64,000 nt of DNA, from NCBI GenBank assembly GCA_040285825.1, contig JAUPSS010000002.1, positions 868,001 through 932,000 on the forward strand, in the 5' to 3' direction. Source of the DNA: Eukaryota sp. TZLM1-RC. Taxonomy: Eukaryota > Protista > Metamonada: BaSk clade. Both the position numbers and the translations under genes were made by a program. Positions 25,293 through 36,256 of the stretch are shown here, piece by piece; within the stretch, counting starts at the first letter, position 1; the number at the start of each line of letters is the position of its first letter. The notes beneath the pieces are model-generated. The model made no database searches. It saw nothing but the letters and a program-made list of their open reading frames with translations, and was not told the DNA's origin.

Positions 25293-25649
25293 CTATTGGC
25301 GCCTTGTTGCATGGCATTCTTCCAAAGCACGCTGAGTATATCCTCTGGGTCTTTGAATAGGGGGCGTAGAAACAATTTCTCCCTCGTACTCAGCTTGTTC
25401 TTCCTCAATGGGAACATCAGTTCTTGTTATTTTGTCGATTGGTTGATGCAGAACTCGAGTGCGAACAACCGGTTCCCATAGTGTTTGTACTTCCTCCTGA
25501 GCTTCCCCAGTTTCTACTTCACTTACAGTTACTGATGAAGGGATGGAATGGCAGACTTGCTTGTGTCTTGTTGGTTTTGCTTCATCATCACCTGGTAGCT
25601 GAAACTTAGACCTGAGTTTGTCTTCTATAGAGCCTCTTCTTTGCATCAC
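25293..25649 (-). CDS. Hypothetical protein (possibly a terminal exon)
   Basis: 118-aa ORF followed by an AT-rich 3' region; no recognisable motif. Confidence 0.4.
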   Translation of the reverse strand: MMQRRGSIEDKLRSKFQLPGDDEAKPTRHKQVCHSIPSSVTVSEVETGEAQEEVQTLWEPVVRTRVLHQPIDKITRTDVPIEEEQAEYEGEIVSTPPIQRPRGYTQRALEECHATRRQ

Positions 25650-25744
25650 AACAATAAATGACGATTGGTATGGATAAGTAGTACATTAGATTGGTAGGTC
25701 CTTACAGATATCTTTTTTGATTTTACCAATCTGTTGGTAAGACA

Positions 25745-26430
25745 ATCAGAACTAATAAGAGTGAATTCAATGAACCAAGATTTCCTCCACAAAATCCTGA
25801 ACTGCTTGTATTCTCGCAATTCCTTCTCTTATTCGATGGAAAAACTGAGGTAGTCTATCTATTATGGCGTATTGAATTCAAGAGTGCCATAAAAATATAT
25901 CAATTCTCTCCTCTGTTTTTTCTTGAACCAATTTTTGGATATCTTTGATAAGAACAATTAGTCTTCCGTTTATAGAAATTGGGAAAGCAATAAAAACAAG
26001 TGGTCTGTTTCTATCAGCATTGTTGTTTTGGTATCTTTGTCATATTTTCAATGTTCTTCTTTGGCTTTGTATTCAAGAACATCTACAGGAGTAAATTTTT
26101 GTTTTGAACCAAAGTATCATCTGCAACATCACAGGAAACATATTCAACAACTTTAGAGTTATCAATCCAATCGTACTAAAAATTCCCTCTGTCATCAGAA
26201 CCAAACTTGTTTGCTGACAGTGTTTCTTTCAGCAATGAAAAGATTTGATATATTTTCATGGCGCTCTTGAATTCAATTTGCCATTATTAATAGATTACCT
26301 CGGTTTTTCAATCGAATTAGAGAAGCGTTAGCTAGACATCAAACAGATCAAGATTTTGTGGAGGAAATCTTGGTTCAATGAATTTCGTCCCATCAGTTAT
26401 GAGTTTTTGTTAAGTGTGCAACTTCAAAAT
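25745..26430. mobile_element. Two family-A-like 3' fragments joined head-to-head (25745-26235 minus; 26233-26430 plus)
   Basis: Both end in the ...EEILVQ/H* C-terminus; junction CAGCAA|TGAAAAG with 2-3 nt microhomology. Confidence 0.8.
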
Positions 26431-27167
26431 TTACATTTAAATTTACATTTTCAGAAAATAATTTTCAATTTACTCAGAGCAGCATAGGGCAACTGATTCC
26501 TACTTAAAAACTAACATTAATGCAATCAATGTTGATGATATTACTGTTCTTGGTCAAACAGGAGAAGCCACATTTGTTTAGGTCCTGTCGAAACAGAGAT
26601 GGAAAGAGGAAGGGAGAATTGTTGAGATAGCTGAATGGGAAGAGGACAAGAAGTAAAGGAAGGAGAAGGAAGCTGAAAAAAACATAGAGTTTAGACGGAG
26701 TAACAACGACCAGAACAGCTAGAGGGTAAATCGAGCTGCTGTTGATCACCACTAATAGAGATACAGTCGATAGGTATTTGATACCAAATTGGAAATTAGC
26801 AATCAATTTGAAATTGCAATCAGCATGTCAGACATCGTGTCAGACAGCGAGATTATCTTGACTCATCCCATTTCTCTAACCTTATGCAGCGAGACGAGAA
26901 AAAGGATAACGAGGTTACGGACCCGGTTCCCATTTCCTCCTTCAACCTGTTCTTCACAAAACAGCAGAGTACTTCCTCCCGAACTCCTCGGTCGGGAACA
27001 GTCATCCTACTTTACAGGAACAAACGGAAGGTCAGAGCCTCGATTTCCTATCGGAATCGTCGTTCTGATCCTTCCGTGGGGGTAGAGTATTGCACTTTTT
27101 TCAGTCATCATGTGAGTCATGATAAGGGTGCTGTTGAATCAGCCATGGTGCTAATCACCTTGAATAT

Positions 27168-27372
27168 GGGATGTTTCTTTTGTTTATGTTTTGTTTTGAA
27201 TTGTTATTTTGTTTATGTTTATGATTTGGTTGATTTTTGTGGCTTAGACACTTGCACTTTAGATACGGGATGTTTCTTTTGTTTTTGTTTTGTTTTGAAT
27301 TGTTATTTTGAGGTTTTTGCTTTTGTTGTTTCTTGTGGTTTAGATACTTGCACTTTAAATACGGGATGTTGT
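27168..27372. repeat. About 2.1 copies of a 96-99 bp tandem repeat
   Basis: GGGATGTT at 27168, 27267 and 27363; GGCTTAGACACTTGCACTTTAGATAC vs GGTTTAGATACTTGCACTTTAAATAC. Confidence 0.85.
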
Positions 27373-27459
27373 GTCTTAAAGTGTTGTTTTAATAATGTTG
27401 AGTTTGATTATTATGTTTATAATTTATGTTTTCTATCCAGAAGCTGCCAACATCTTCTA

Positions 27460-27522
27460 TCAACAAACCCATTTATTGTTGATTTAACAATGGATGGAAA
27501 TGTTGAAGCAAATCCTGGTCCC
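27460..27522 (+). other. 2A-like (StopGo) peptide motif
   Basis: NPFIVDLTMDGNVEANPGP; consensus GD(V/I)ExNPGP with D>N (one G>A change). Confidence 0.6.
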
Positions 27523-28445
27523 AGAAAGAGAAGATCTAATTTAAAATCAACTCATCCATCAAAAATTACTAGAAAAGCGATTTTTGACCAACAAACATCA
27601 AAGCATAAGCGAAAAAGACAACAAAAAGCACTGAACAGAGAAATTTGTAAAGAAAATACAATTTTGAATAACGAGAACAGGAAGATTTTGACAAAACAAA
27701 CCATCGAAACCGAGTATGGTCAAAAGAATTGAGCCAAGTCGTAGTGGCTTCAAGCCTAATCCATTGATTCAATTCAAATCAATGAACCCAAATCAAAATC
27801 TTTCCACTGTTATGTGCTTTGATCTTGAAACCTATCAGGATGGTCATCTTTACCAAAGTCATGATGGCCAATTTCTCCCTCCTGACGAGCTAATCAACAA
27901 AAAGAGAAAAGAGAGTGCAAATCTTTTGAAAAAGAAAACTGATGAGCAAATGGATGAGTGGATTTTCGATCAAAAAGTGTTTTTAATTTCGATTGTTATT
28001 GGTAGGTTTGATCACCATAACTTCTTCTTGAGAGTAAATATTCACTTATATTGAAAATGAGTCCTCAAATCACAATTGAAGATGCAAACACCGAATTGTC
28101 CGCATTTGCAGCCAATTCAGCAACTTTTAGAGATTTTTCCAACTTTGTGATTGCCAAACTTCGGCTAGTCTTTTTGACAATTGACTTTTATAGTCTTGAT
28201 TTGTGGAGCATTAATAAAATGCAAGCAAAAATTCAGCATAAAATTCACAAGCAAAAGACTGAAAGTTGGTTGTTAAAAAATCTTGTCGACCAGTTTGGCA
28301 ATCCAAAAGACATTTTGATTCAAATGGGTGATTATGGTAAAAAAGGTTCCAAGAATTTGAAACAACAGAGACCTACTAGAGGTAGTGGATGGATTCAATT
28401 TCTGAAAACAAATGGATTTGAAGTGTTGATGATTAATGAAGCTTT

Positions 28446-28605
28446 TGTTAGCCTTGGATAATATTTATAATAGTTTATTTATAGTTTATTAATAGTTATT
28501 GTATTATTGCGCCCATGCGCTTAAGTTAAGGGAAATCCTCATTCCCTTGTAATAAATCTAATTACATTTAAGGTATACTCAATGTCTAACCCCCACAGAT
28601 CATCA
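28446..28605 (+). repeat. 5' LTR
   Basis: Identical to 35707-35866. Confidence 0.97.
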
Positions 28606-29187
28606 ATACGTATTGGATCACCTTTGGGTGGTTCCAATGACAACTCCGAGACTGTTAGGACTGATCCTCCTACGTCTCACTCTTCGAGTTCTTCCTCCCG
28701 AACTCCTCAGTCGGGACCAGAACAACCCTTGTCAACTGGGTCTGAGGGAAGCAATGCTTCTTCTCCTCCTGTGTTAACTCCTCCCTCCGGAGATTCTGTT
28801 ACACAACCCAATGTTACGAGTTCTTCCTCCCAAACTCCTCAGTTGGGAACAGAACAACCCTCTGGTGGCGAGAGAAGTGATACTTCCTCTCAACCCTCGG
28901 GTCAAGGTTCCACTCCATCTACGGATGACGTTCCTGTGGTTCCTATCAGTCTTCCTGTTCCTCCCTCTAATGTGGAAAACTTTGTACCTCTTTCTCCTCC
29001 CCCTGGTTCTGAAGGAGAGGTTGAAGATTCCCTTTTAGGTCCTGAACAGTTCAGTACTTTAGATGAATATCTGAAGTATATCATCAACCAGACTGATCCT
29101 GACTCGGCCAGCAACAAGATATCTGAGCTGTTGAAGCTCAAGAGGGTAGAGCCTCCCTCTTCACCTATTGTTTGCGCTCCTGTTGCT

Positions 29188-29321
29188 CCTTCCACTTCTT
29201 CTACGGAAGTTCCTGGGGAAGGACAACAAGTTCCTTCTACTTCTTCTACGGAAGCTCCTGGGGAAGGACAACAAGTTCCTTCTACTTCTTCTACGGAAGC
29301 TCCTGGGAAGGACAACAAGCT
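29188..29321 (+). repeat. 3 x 45-bp coding tandem repeat (PSTSSTE[V/A]PGEGQQV)
   Basis: Third unit lacks one G (GGGG>GGG), causing a frameshift. Confidence 0.9.
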
Positions 29322-32300
29322 CCTTCCATTCCTTCTAGGGAAGTTCCTATGGAAAGCAGCCCTCCGCAACAACCAGCTCCTCCTGCAGTCCCTGCTGGTA
29401 ACTCTAATCCTACTACTCCTTCTCGAGAAGTTCCTGTAGCAGGTCCTCCTAATACTTCTGCTCCTACTACGGTAGCTCCTACAGAAGTCCATTCAACTCC
29501 ATCTGTTCCTCCTTCGGGAGTTCCTACTAGAGGAGTAATTCATATTCCCCCAACCTCTGGCCAGACTCCTCAGCAAGGTCACGTTGTTTCTTCTGTTCCT
29601 GCTGCTTGGCAGGTGCTTAGTGCTGCACAGCCTAACACCTATCAAGCCCCAAGCCAGCCCCAGGAATCAGATTCTCCTTTCATCTCTACCCAGCAGAGGA
29701 CTGAAGCACAAACTTTAGTTCTCAATGCTGGTATTGAGTTAATGCAAGGAGATCCTGCATCGATTCCTCCCAACGAACTCATTGCTGCTTTACCCCCATT
29801 TTGGGGTCCAGAAGTGGTTAATGATCACGGCTTTAGGATACGCAGAAGAATTGGCCCCTACTTCCCAACGGAGGAAGTAGACAATCTTACGGTTCGTTGT
29901 GACCCTCCTCCAATTTATCCTCAACGGGATACTGTTGGAGGGTTCAGAACTCCTCGTGAAGGTGTTGAGGATCTTCGCTGGTGATGAGCTGAATCTCTTC
30001 CTCAACCGATGTAACCCATGTCCTTTCCCCAGGTTTAGCCCTGGATACAATGCCTCTCTTGATATTTATATCAATAGAGACTTCAGGACTGGATGGTGGT
30101 ACACTTACACTACGAACTACCAAAGATTGTACCTTCAAGACCGCAGACCAGACCATTGCGCGTCATATTTTGGTCCAGAACATAGAAGGAATAGGCCACT
30201 AAGGGACGCCCTGATGAATGTACAGGAGAACATTGGTGTCACCAATTCTAGTTCTCTTCTGTGGGTCAATGTTGATGGTAATGTGCAAAGTTACTATCCG
30301 AGCGATCATGACCCAGTAGAATTGAGAACTTCTGAGCCTGACCCAGTTGAGACAGACACAGTTTTCTCATCTTTGAGCATTGAGCCTCAAGATGACCAAC
30401 AACAAGATGAGCCAATGGCGACTACTGACACTGTTGAGTCAGTGCAACAATCTGTAGTTGTCCAATCTCAGGATCCATCAACTCCTTCCCAGGTTCCTCA
30501 GGACCCTAGGCTCCTAGGAGTAACTCCTTCTAACACTCCCATAGCTCCCCAGTATTCCAACACCCTACTGATGGAAGCTATGGCGAGTTCACAAGATAGA
30601 GATAGAGATAGACAAAGAGGTGGTCGTCCTAGAAAACCCACCCTGGAAGCCAACGATATCTCTGACCCAGTAAGGATCTTGAAATTCATCGACAGATTTA
30701 TTCTGTATGCTAGGACTGAGAGGACCATTGAAGAGAGAGACATCAATGAATCTGATCCTACTCAAGTCAGACTAGCAAGAGAAGTGTCTGAATTAAGAAG
30801 GCAACTTGAGGAACGTTCTCGTCCTCCTGCCACTCCTCAATCCATAAGCAGAGAAAACCGGAACCTCCCTCTCGATCAGAGATATGGTAACCCCTCCACG
30901 AGTGGGACCGATTCAGAGCTGCTGCTCAAGTCGACCCTCGCAGGATCGCCTCCTGTGTTACTCCAGAATGCTTGGCCGCTCTGAGAGCTCAAGGCAGGTT
31001 TTCGTCCATGTCTGATAGTATCTCAGCTATCGACAACATCAATGAGGAGCAAATATGGGAATCGATTTTACACCTCAGCCAGTATAGTACATTAGAAACG
31101 GCGAGGAATCAGTTATATAGAGTCCAGATGAATTGGAATATTCAGGACTTTAGGAATCGCTGGGGCGACTTCACAGTGAGGCTAATGAGAACGGTTTCAC
31201 GAAGTACTGCCATTTCTGACGTCAGGGCAAGCGACCGTGCCTTGTATGGTCAACACTTTCTACAGCGTATTCAAAACTGGGAAATTGCAACCCATATGAT
31301 CGATTCTGTTGGTATTCAGGCCATCAGTGACAACCTGAGAACAGTATGGTCCACACCCAATGTTTGGCAACACCATACTTTACAACAATTTGTCGACATC
31401 CTTGCTGCTGAATACATGAGTTGGTGTTCAGCAAGATCCTATGACGAGCAAAGGGCCAACATCAGTTACAGCAATCAACAACATATGGGTCACTATGTTA
31501 GAGCAAACCCAAAGGACAAGAAAAGAATAGGCAAATTTAAGCCTGCGGGTTCCAGCGTCGCCCCTGCTCAACTTACCAAAAGGAGCAAGTCGCAAATTAA
31601 GAAAGAAAGAGATAAAGCTGGTCTCTGTAGATTCTGTGGTTTTCCAGGCCACTCTATTAACAAATGTCCCGACCCTGATTGCCAGCGATCCAAGCAATGG
31701 CGAGATGCCAACCCAGATGCCGTTCGAGCATATTTGGCTAGGGTTAGTAGTAATAGTAGTAGTAGAGGCAGAGGTAGACGTAGAGGAAGAGGCAAGGGCC
31801 CTTCTAATAGTAATAAACGTTCCCATAAATATTCTATGTTTACTATAGAGCAAGATAGCTCTCCAACAGGTAATACATCAAAGCAACGTTCAAACAAATG
31901 TTCCTTGTTTACTATAGAGCAAGACAGCTCTCCAGCACGTAAAACACCAAACATAAAACAAACCTCAGTCTCCAACCAGTGGATTAAGTGTTTAACTAAT
32001 CCTTTGACTACCCGGAATTTTAAAACAGCTACAACGATAGAAACACCAAATAAACCCTGTTTCAATCATGAGTTCGACTCGAACCCAGACTCAGAGTCCC
32101 ACAGCGATATCTTCATGGTTCGCACCTCAGATGTCGCACGCAAAAATTTAAAATTGAAATTTTCAATAAATAACTGCGAAATAGAAGGGATCATCGACTC
32201 TGGAGCTTCGATATCAGTCATCACTGTTGATTTAGCAGAGAGATGCAACATGGTAAAGACTAACCATTGCATAAACTTTAAGTCAGCAAACAACATCATG

Positions 32301-35300
32301 TCGAAGTCTTTAGGATCAGCAGAAGGCACACTGAGCTTCAGACTCGGTAGTGTAACCCAACTAGTACACGTGAAACATAGCTTGGCCATCATTCCTGGCA
32401 ACAATATGTTACTAATTGGTAGAGACCTGTTGCATCACCTAGGCTTATTGAACGATGAAGGCCTCTTCATCAAGATGGATGAGGAACATCGTACATTACT
32501 TCTGCCTGAGGCTGAATTCGACCATCGAATCTCCCAAGTCTCAGATGTCGTCAACGTCCCCAGACGTTGGTTGGAGCACATACAGTCTTCTGGTTGTACT
32601 ATTAACCTCGACTGTGATAACGACAAGAAGACCTTACTTCTAACCTTGAAAGAGTTCGAAGAAACATTCACCCTTAAGCCGCATGCTGATGGGATTGACT
32701 GTCCTCCAATGGAGATCAACTTTCATGATGAAAGTATTCGAGTCAGACGACCCCCTCGTAGGTTAAACCCCGAGAAGCAGAAAGTCGCCGAACAGATCTT
32801 CGATGAACTCGTCGAGTCTGGATTTGCTGTACCATCGAACCATGAGTTCAGCTCTCCAGTATGTCTTGTGGTATACCCTGATCATCGTAAGCCTCGCCTT
32901 ACTGGTGATTACAGCGGCAAGGACGGAGTCAACGCCAACACTATTCCCGTTGAACCTAATCTCCCCAGAGTATCCGATGTGCTAGTCTTCCTTTCGGAAG
33001 CCAATTTCATCGGTACCCTTGACCTCCCCAAAGCCTTTTGGCAACTAAAGATTGCAGAAAAGGACTGGGAGAAGACTGCCTTAAGCATCCCTGGCAAAAG
33101 TATCATGTTTAAACGTGCTGCTTTCGGCCTCAAGAACGTTCCTGCAGTCTTCCAGAACGTTATGGCAGACATCTTCTCCGGAGACGGTGTATTCATCTAT
33201 ATAGATGACATCATTATAGTAGGTAGAACCTTCAACGAGTTCCTCGGACGTCTAAGACGTGTCCTCGAGAAAGCTCGAACCCGTAGAGTTAGCCTTGGAC
33301 TGCCCAAGTGCCATTTTGTGTCCTCTAGACACCCAATAAAGATCCTTGGTAGCAGATTCCAACACAAAACCAGGACCATAGATCCTACACGCACAGAGTC
33401 TTTACTGAATCTTCCCAGACCTAAGACTGTGAAAGACGCCCGTAGCCTTATCGGCTCAGTCAACTTCATTAGGGAATGGCTTCCCCAGGTAACCAAGCAT
33501 GTTGCCCCGATCATCAAATTAACACATGGCAAACCACGTCGCTTGCAGTGGAAAGACACTCACGACTACCATTTAGCCGAAATCAAACGTCTGATCGCGG
33601 AGCATATGCCTCTCAACTTACCTCCGGTGGATAACCAAGTACTAATTAGTTGTGATGCCTCTGATATAGCAGTTGGCGGCGTGATTTGGGAACAAATAGA
33701 ACCCACTAAGGACCCTGGTACTTCCTTACTCAATAGGAATGTAGACCAATCAGCTTCTTCAGCAGATTGTTGACTAACTCCCAGCAGAACTGGCCCACGG
33801 TACAGAAAGAGCTCTATGCTATCCTTCTCATGCTTACCGAAAGTGGCTTCGAGAACTACCTCAAAGGAAGGCGTCTGATCATTTTCACAGATCACCAAAA
33901 CCTAACTTACATGCTTACCGCTCCGAACAAAAACAGAATAGTCAGAAGGTGGCTTCCCATCTTTTCTGAGTTCCTATTCGACATAGTTCATACAAAAGGG
34001 GAAGAGAACCATTGGGCAGACATGCTATCTAGGATAGTACCGCCCCAAGACAATCATACCATCAACCATCTGGTACATTCTAATGACCAAGAGTTTCACC
34101 CTATCTACTACACAAATAGGATTGACGAAACTGAGTCAGAGAGATGCTTCGTTGAAGATCTCCATACATTTGAGAAGGTGCTCATCCTTCAAGACAATGC
34201 TCCAATGACCTTCCACTCTTCGAGCCATGGCTCTGCAAGATCAGGTCCGAACAAAAGCGAGCCCTCGCTAACCAGGACACCTCGTTCAACAACTGTACTT
34301 TTGGATAGTCGTCTAGATCTTTATCTGACTCCAGAGCACAAGATCGTGATTCCTCAATCACTGGTTAAGGATACGCTTAACCTTCTACATGGACTCCCGC
34401 AAGGTGGCCACCCCAGTAAGGCAGAAAGTCTCCTCAGACTCAAGAACAGCGACTACTGGTGGCCTAACATGCTTTCAGACATGACCAAGCACGTCCAAGA
34501 ATGCCCCTCCTGTCAGAAGACAGCAGCAGTCCCCAAACTGCATGTCCCTACAACTGGTTCCTTGTGGGCTGACAGACCATTCGCAAGAGTTAACGTCGAC
34601 GTCATTGGTCCTCTTCCAGAAGATCAAGACGGCCACAGATACATTCTTGTATTTGTGGATAGCTTCACGAGGTTCACTATCATAGTCCCTCTCAAAGAAC
34701 TCAACGCCAACCTTACTGCTGACGCTCTCATATGGAAGGTATGCGCGATATTCGGGATTCCGTTCATAGTTCATAGTGACAACGGTCCTGAGTTCTCTAA
34801 AGCTGTCTTCGACGCTCTATGTGAGTTTTTGGGCATAGAGGTCTCAAAGTCCGTCCCTCACTTCTCTCAATCCAACGGTTTAGTCGAACGCCGTCACCGT
34901 GACATTTTGCAGAATTTGAGGAAGCTGCTCGTAGATTTTAACGCCTACGACGCATGGTCAGAGTACATACCCTATGTACAATTGTTAATCAACTCATCCA
35001 AGAGTTCGATTACAGGTTACTCTCCATACGAGCTCATGTTTGGTTCAGATTTTAGCCCAAGAGCTGACCCCGGCAAAATCATAGAGACCCTCGAAAGCTC
35101 AACGTCTGAGTCAACCTACATCAACAACATTCAATCCAAATTTGCCAGATTGAAGAAGAAACAGGAGGAAGCAGAGCTCCGTCAAGCTTCCAAGGCTCCT
35201 CCTCGTGATTCCCAAATCGAAGCCAACCCTTTCTCTCCTGGCCAATTGGTCAAACGAGCTTCGTCTTCCACTGCTAAGTTACATGGTAACTACAAAGGAC

Positions 35301-35706
35301 CATTCTTAGTTATTGACACACCCTCTACCTCCACAGCTGACATCAAGAACCTGTGTACTGGTATGGTTGTTAAAGCCAGTGTGAAGCACCTCCAACCTTG
35401 GCATTCCAGTTTACCAGCTGATGATGAATTTCACTCCTGGGTTGCTGCTGGTGATGCAGAAGAGCACGTGATCCAGAAAGTCCTCAGTCAGGATGGTGAT
35501 TACTGTCAAGTCCAATGGCCTGGCAATCATATTACCACTGAGCTGGTTTCGACTGTTCAAAACACCTCTGCCTATAAAGAATTCTCCGAGTCTGTTTCTA
35601 ATACTCGCTCTCGTCCTTCACGCCGTAAACGTCGTTCTGATAATATTAACAATAATGTTAATCCAACTCCTATCAGGCCTCGACGCTCGAAAAGAAGAAA
35701 GGGCAG

Positions 35707-35866
35707 TGTTAGCCTTGGATAATATTTATAATAGTTTATTTATAGTTTATTAATAGTTATTGTATTATTGCGCCCATGCGCTTAAGTTAAGGGAAATCCT
35801 CATTCCCTTGTAATAAATCTAATTACATTTAAGGTATACTCAATGTCTAACCCCCACAGATCATCA
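35707..35866 (+). repeat. 3' LTR
   Basis: Identical to 28446-28605. Confidence 0.97.
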
Positions 35867-36256
35867 CTTTCACTTGAGCAAAATGTCCTGTTTGTTTTGA
35901 AAAGGTTGCTACGTTTTTGAGAGTAACAAATCCCAGATTCTATAGAAGAGAAAAGACTCCTGTTACTACATGTCATGGTTTATTAGCTTGTAACAGTGAG
36001 AGTTGCAAACTCAGTAACAAAGGCTCAACAAAGCTTTTCAATAGAAATAAGCTGGCTTGTCTGAATATGTTTGCGATTTCTGAAACGAGGATGAGTGGTA
36101 ATGAAAGGCCTCAGTATCTGTGTAGTAGATAGTTTTTGTAATTATTCCACACGAAAATTGATCATATACTTGTGGGAATTTCCCACATTAAATTTGTCGA
36201 AATAGATTGTCATCTCAGCTCTCCCTGCACATCTTGCGTTCATCTTCTTTCTTTCA

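Larger units (their letters stand above)
28446..35866 (+). mobile_element. Ty3/gypsy (chromovirus-like) LTR retrotransposon, full length
   Basis: Identical 160-bp LTRs TG...CA; 4-bp TSD CTTT (28442-28445, 35867-35870); PPT AAAAGAAGAAAGGGCAG; CCHC knuckle, protease DSGA, RT LDLPKAFWQ/YIDD, RNase H DAS/KELYA/TDH, integrase HHCC + D,D(35)E, chromodomain-like tail; about 4 single-base frameshifts. Confidence 0.97.
28020..36132 (+). pseudogene. Fanzor1 copy E (family 1), C-terminal half split by the gypsy (28020-28445 + 35871-36132)
   Basis: Removing the LTR element and one TSD rejoins ...QFGNPKDILIQMGDY...RPTRGSGW..FLKTNGFEVLMINEAF|T*AKCPVC...NPRFYRR...CHGLLAC..SC...FNRNKLACLNM...ERPQYL in frame. 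Confidence 0.85.

Noticed and set aside
26804-26816. Third palindromic PBS (CAATTTGAAATTG) upstream of the gag-like fragment
   Set aside because: AT-rich, odd length and no recognisable LTR upstream; may be chance
26945-27035. HDV-like ribozyme (TCCTCG loop), and a similar GGCCGACATGG start near 11086
   Set aside because: I could not build P1/P1.1/P2/P3 without several mismatches; the covariation supports a simple hairpin instead
27168-27430. TAA/TAG read as Gln (alternative code), suggested by stops at Q-like positions in relics
   Set aside because: Conserved host genes have long stop-free ORFs and end in TAA or TAG at the expected C-termini; the relic stops reflect decay
26884-27440. Cys/Phe-rich 282-aa ORF as one real protein
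   Set aside because: It strings together a gag-like fragment, a T-rich tandem repeat that lacks stops by composition, and the 2A segment
28614-28625. TGGATCACCT resembling the 16S rRNA 3' end, or a displaced tRNA PBS
   Set aside because: Only 10 nt with no other rRNA sequence; the TGG is 9 nt from the LTR, too far for a canonical PBS
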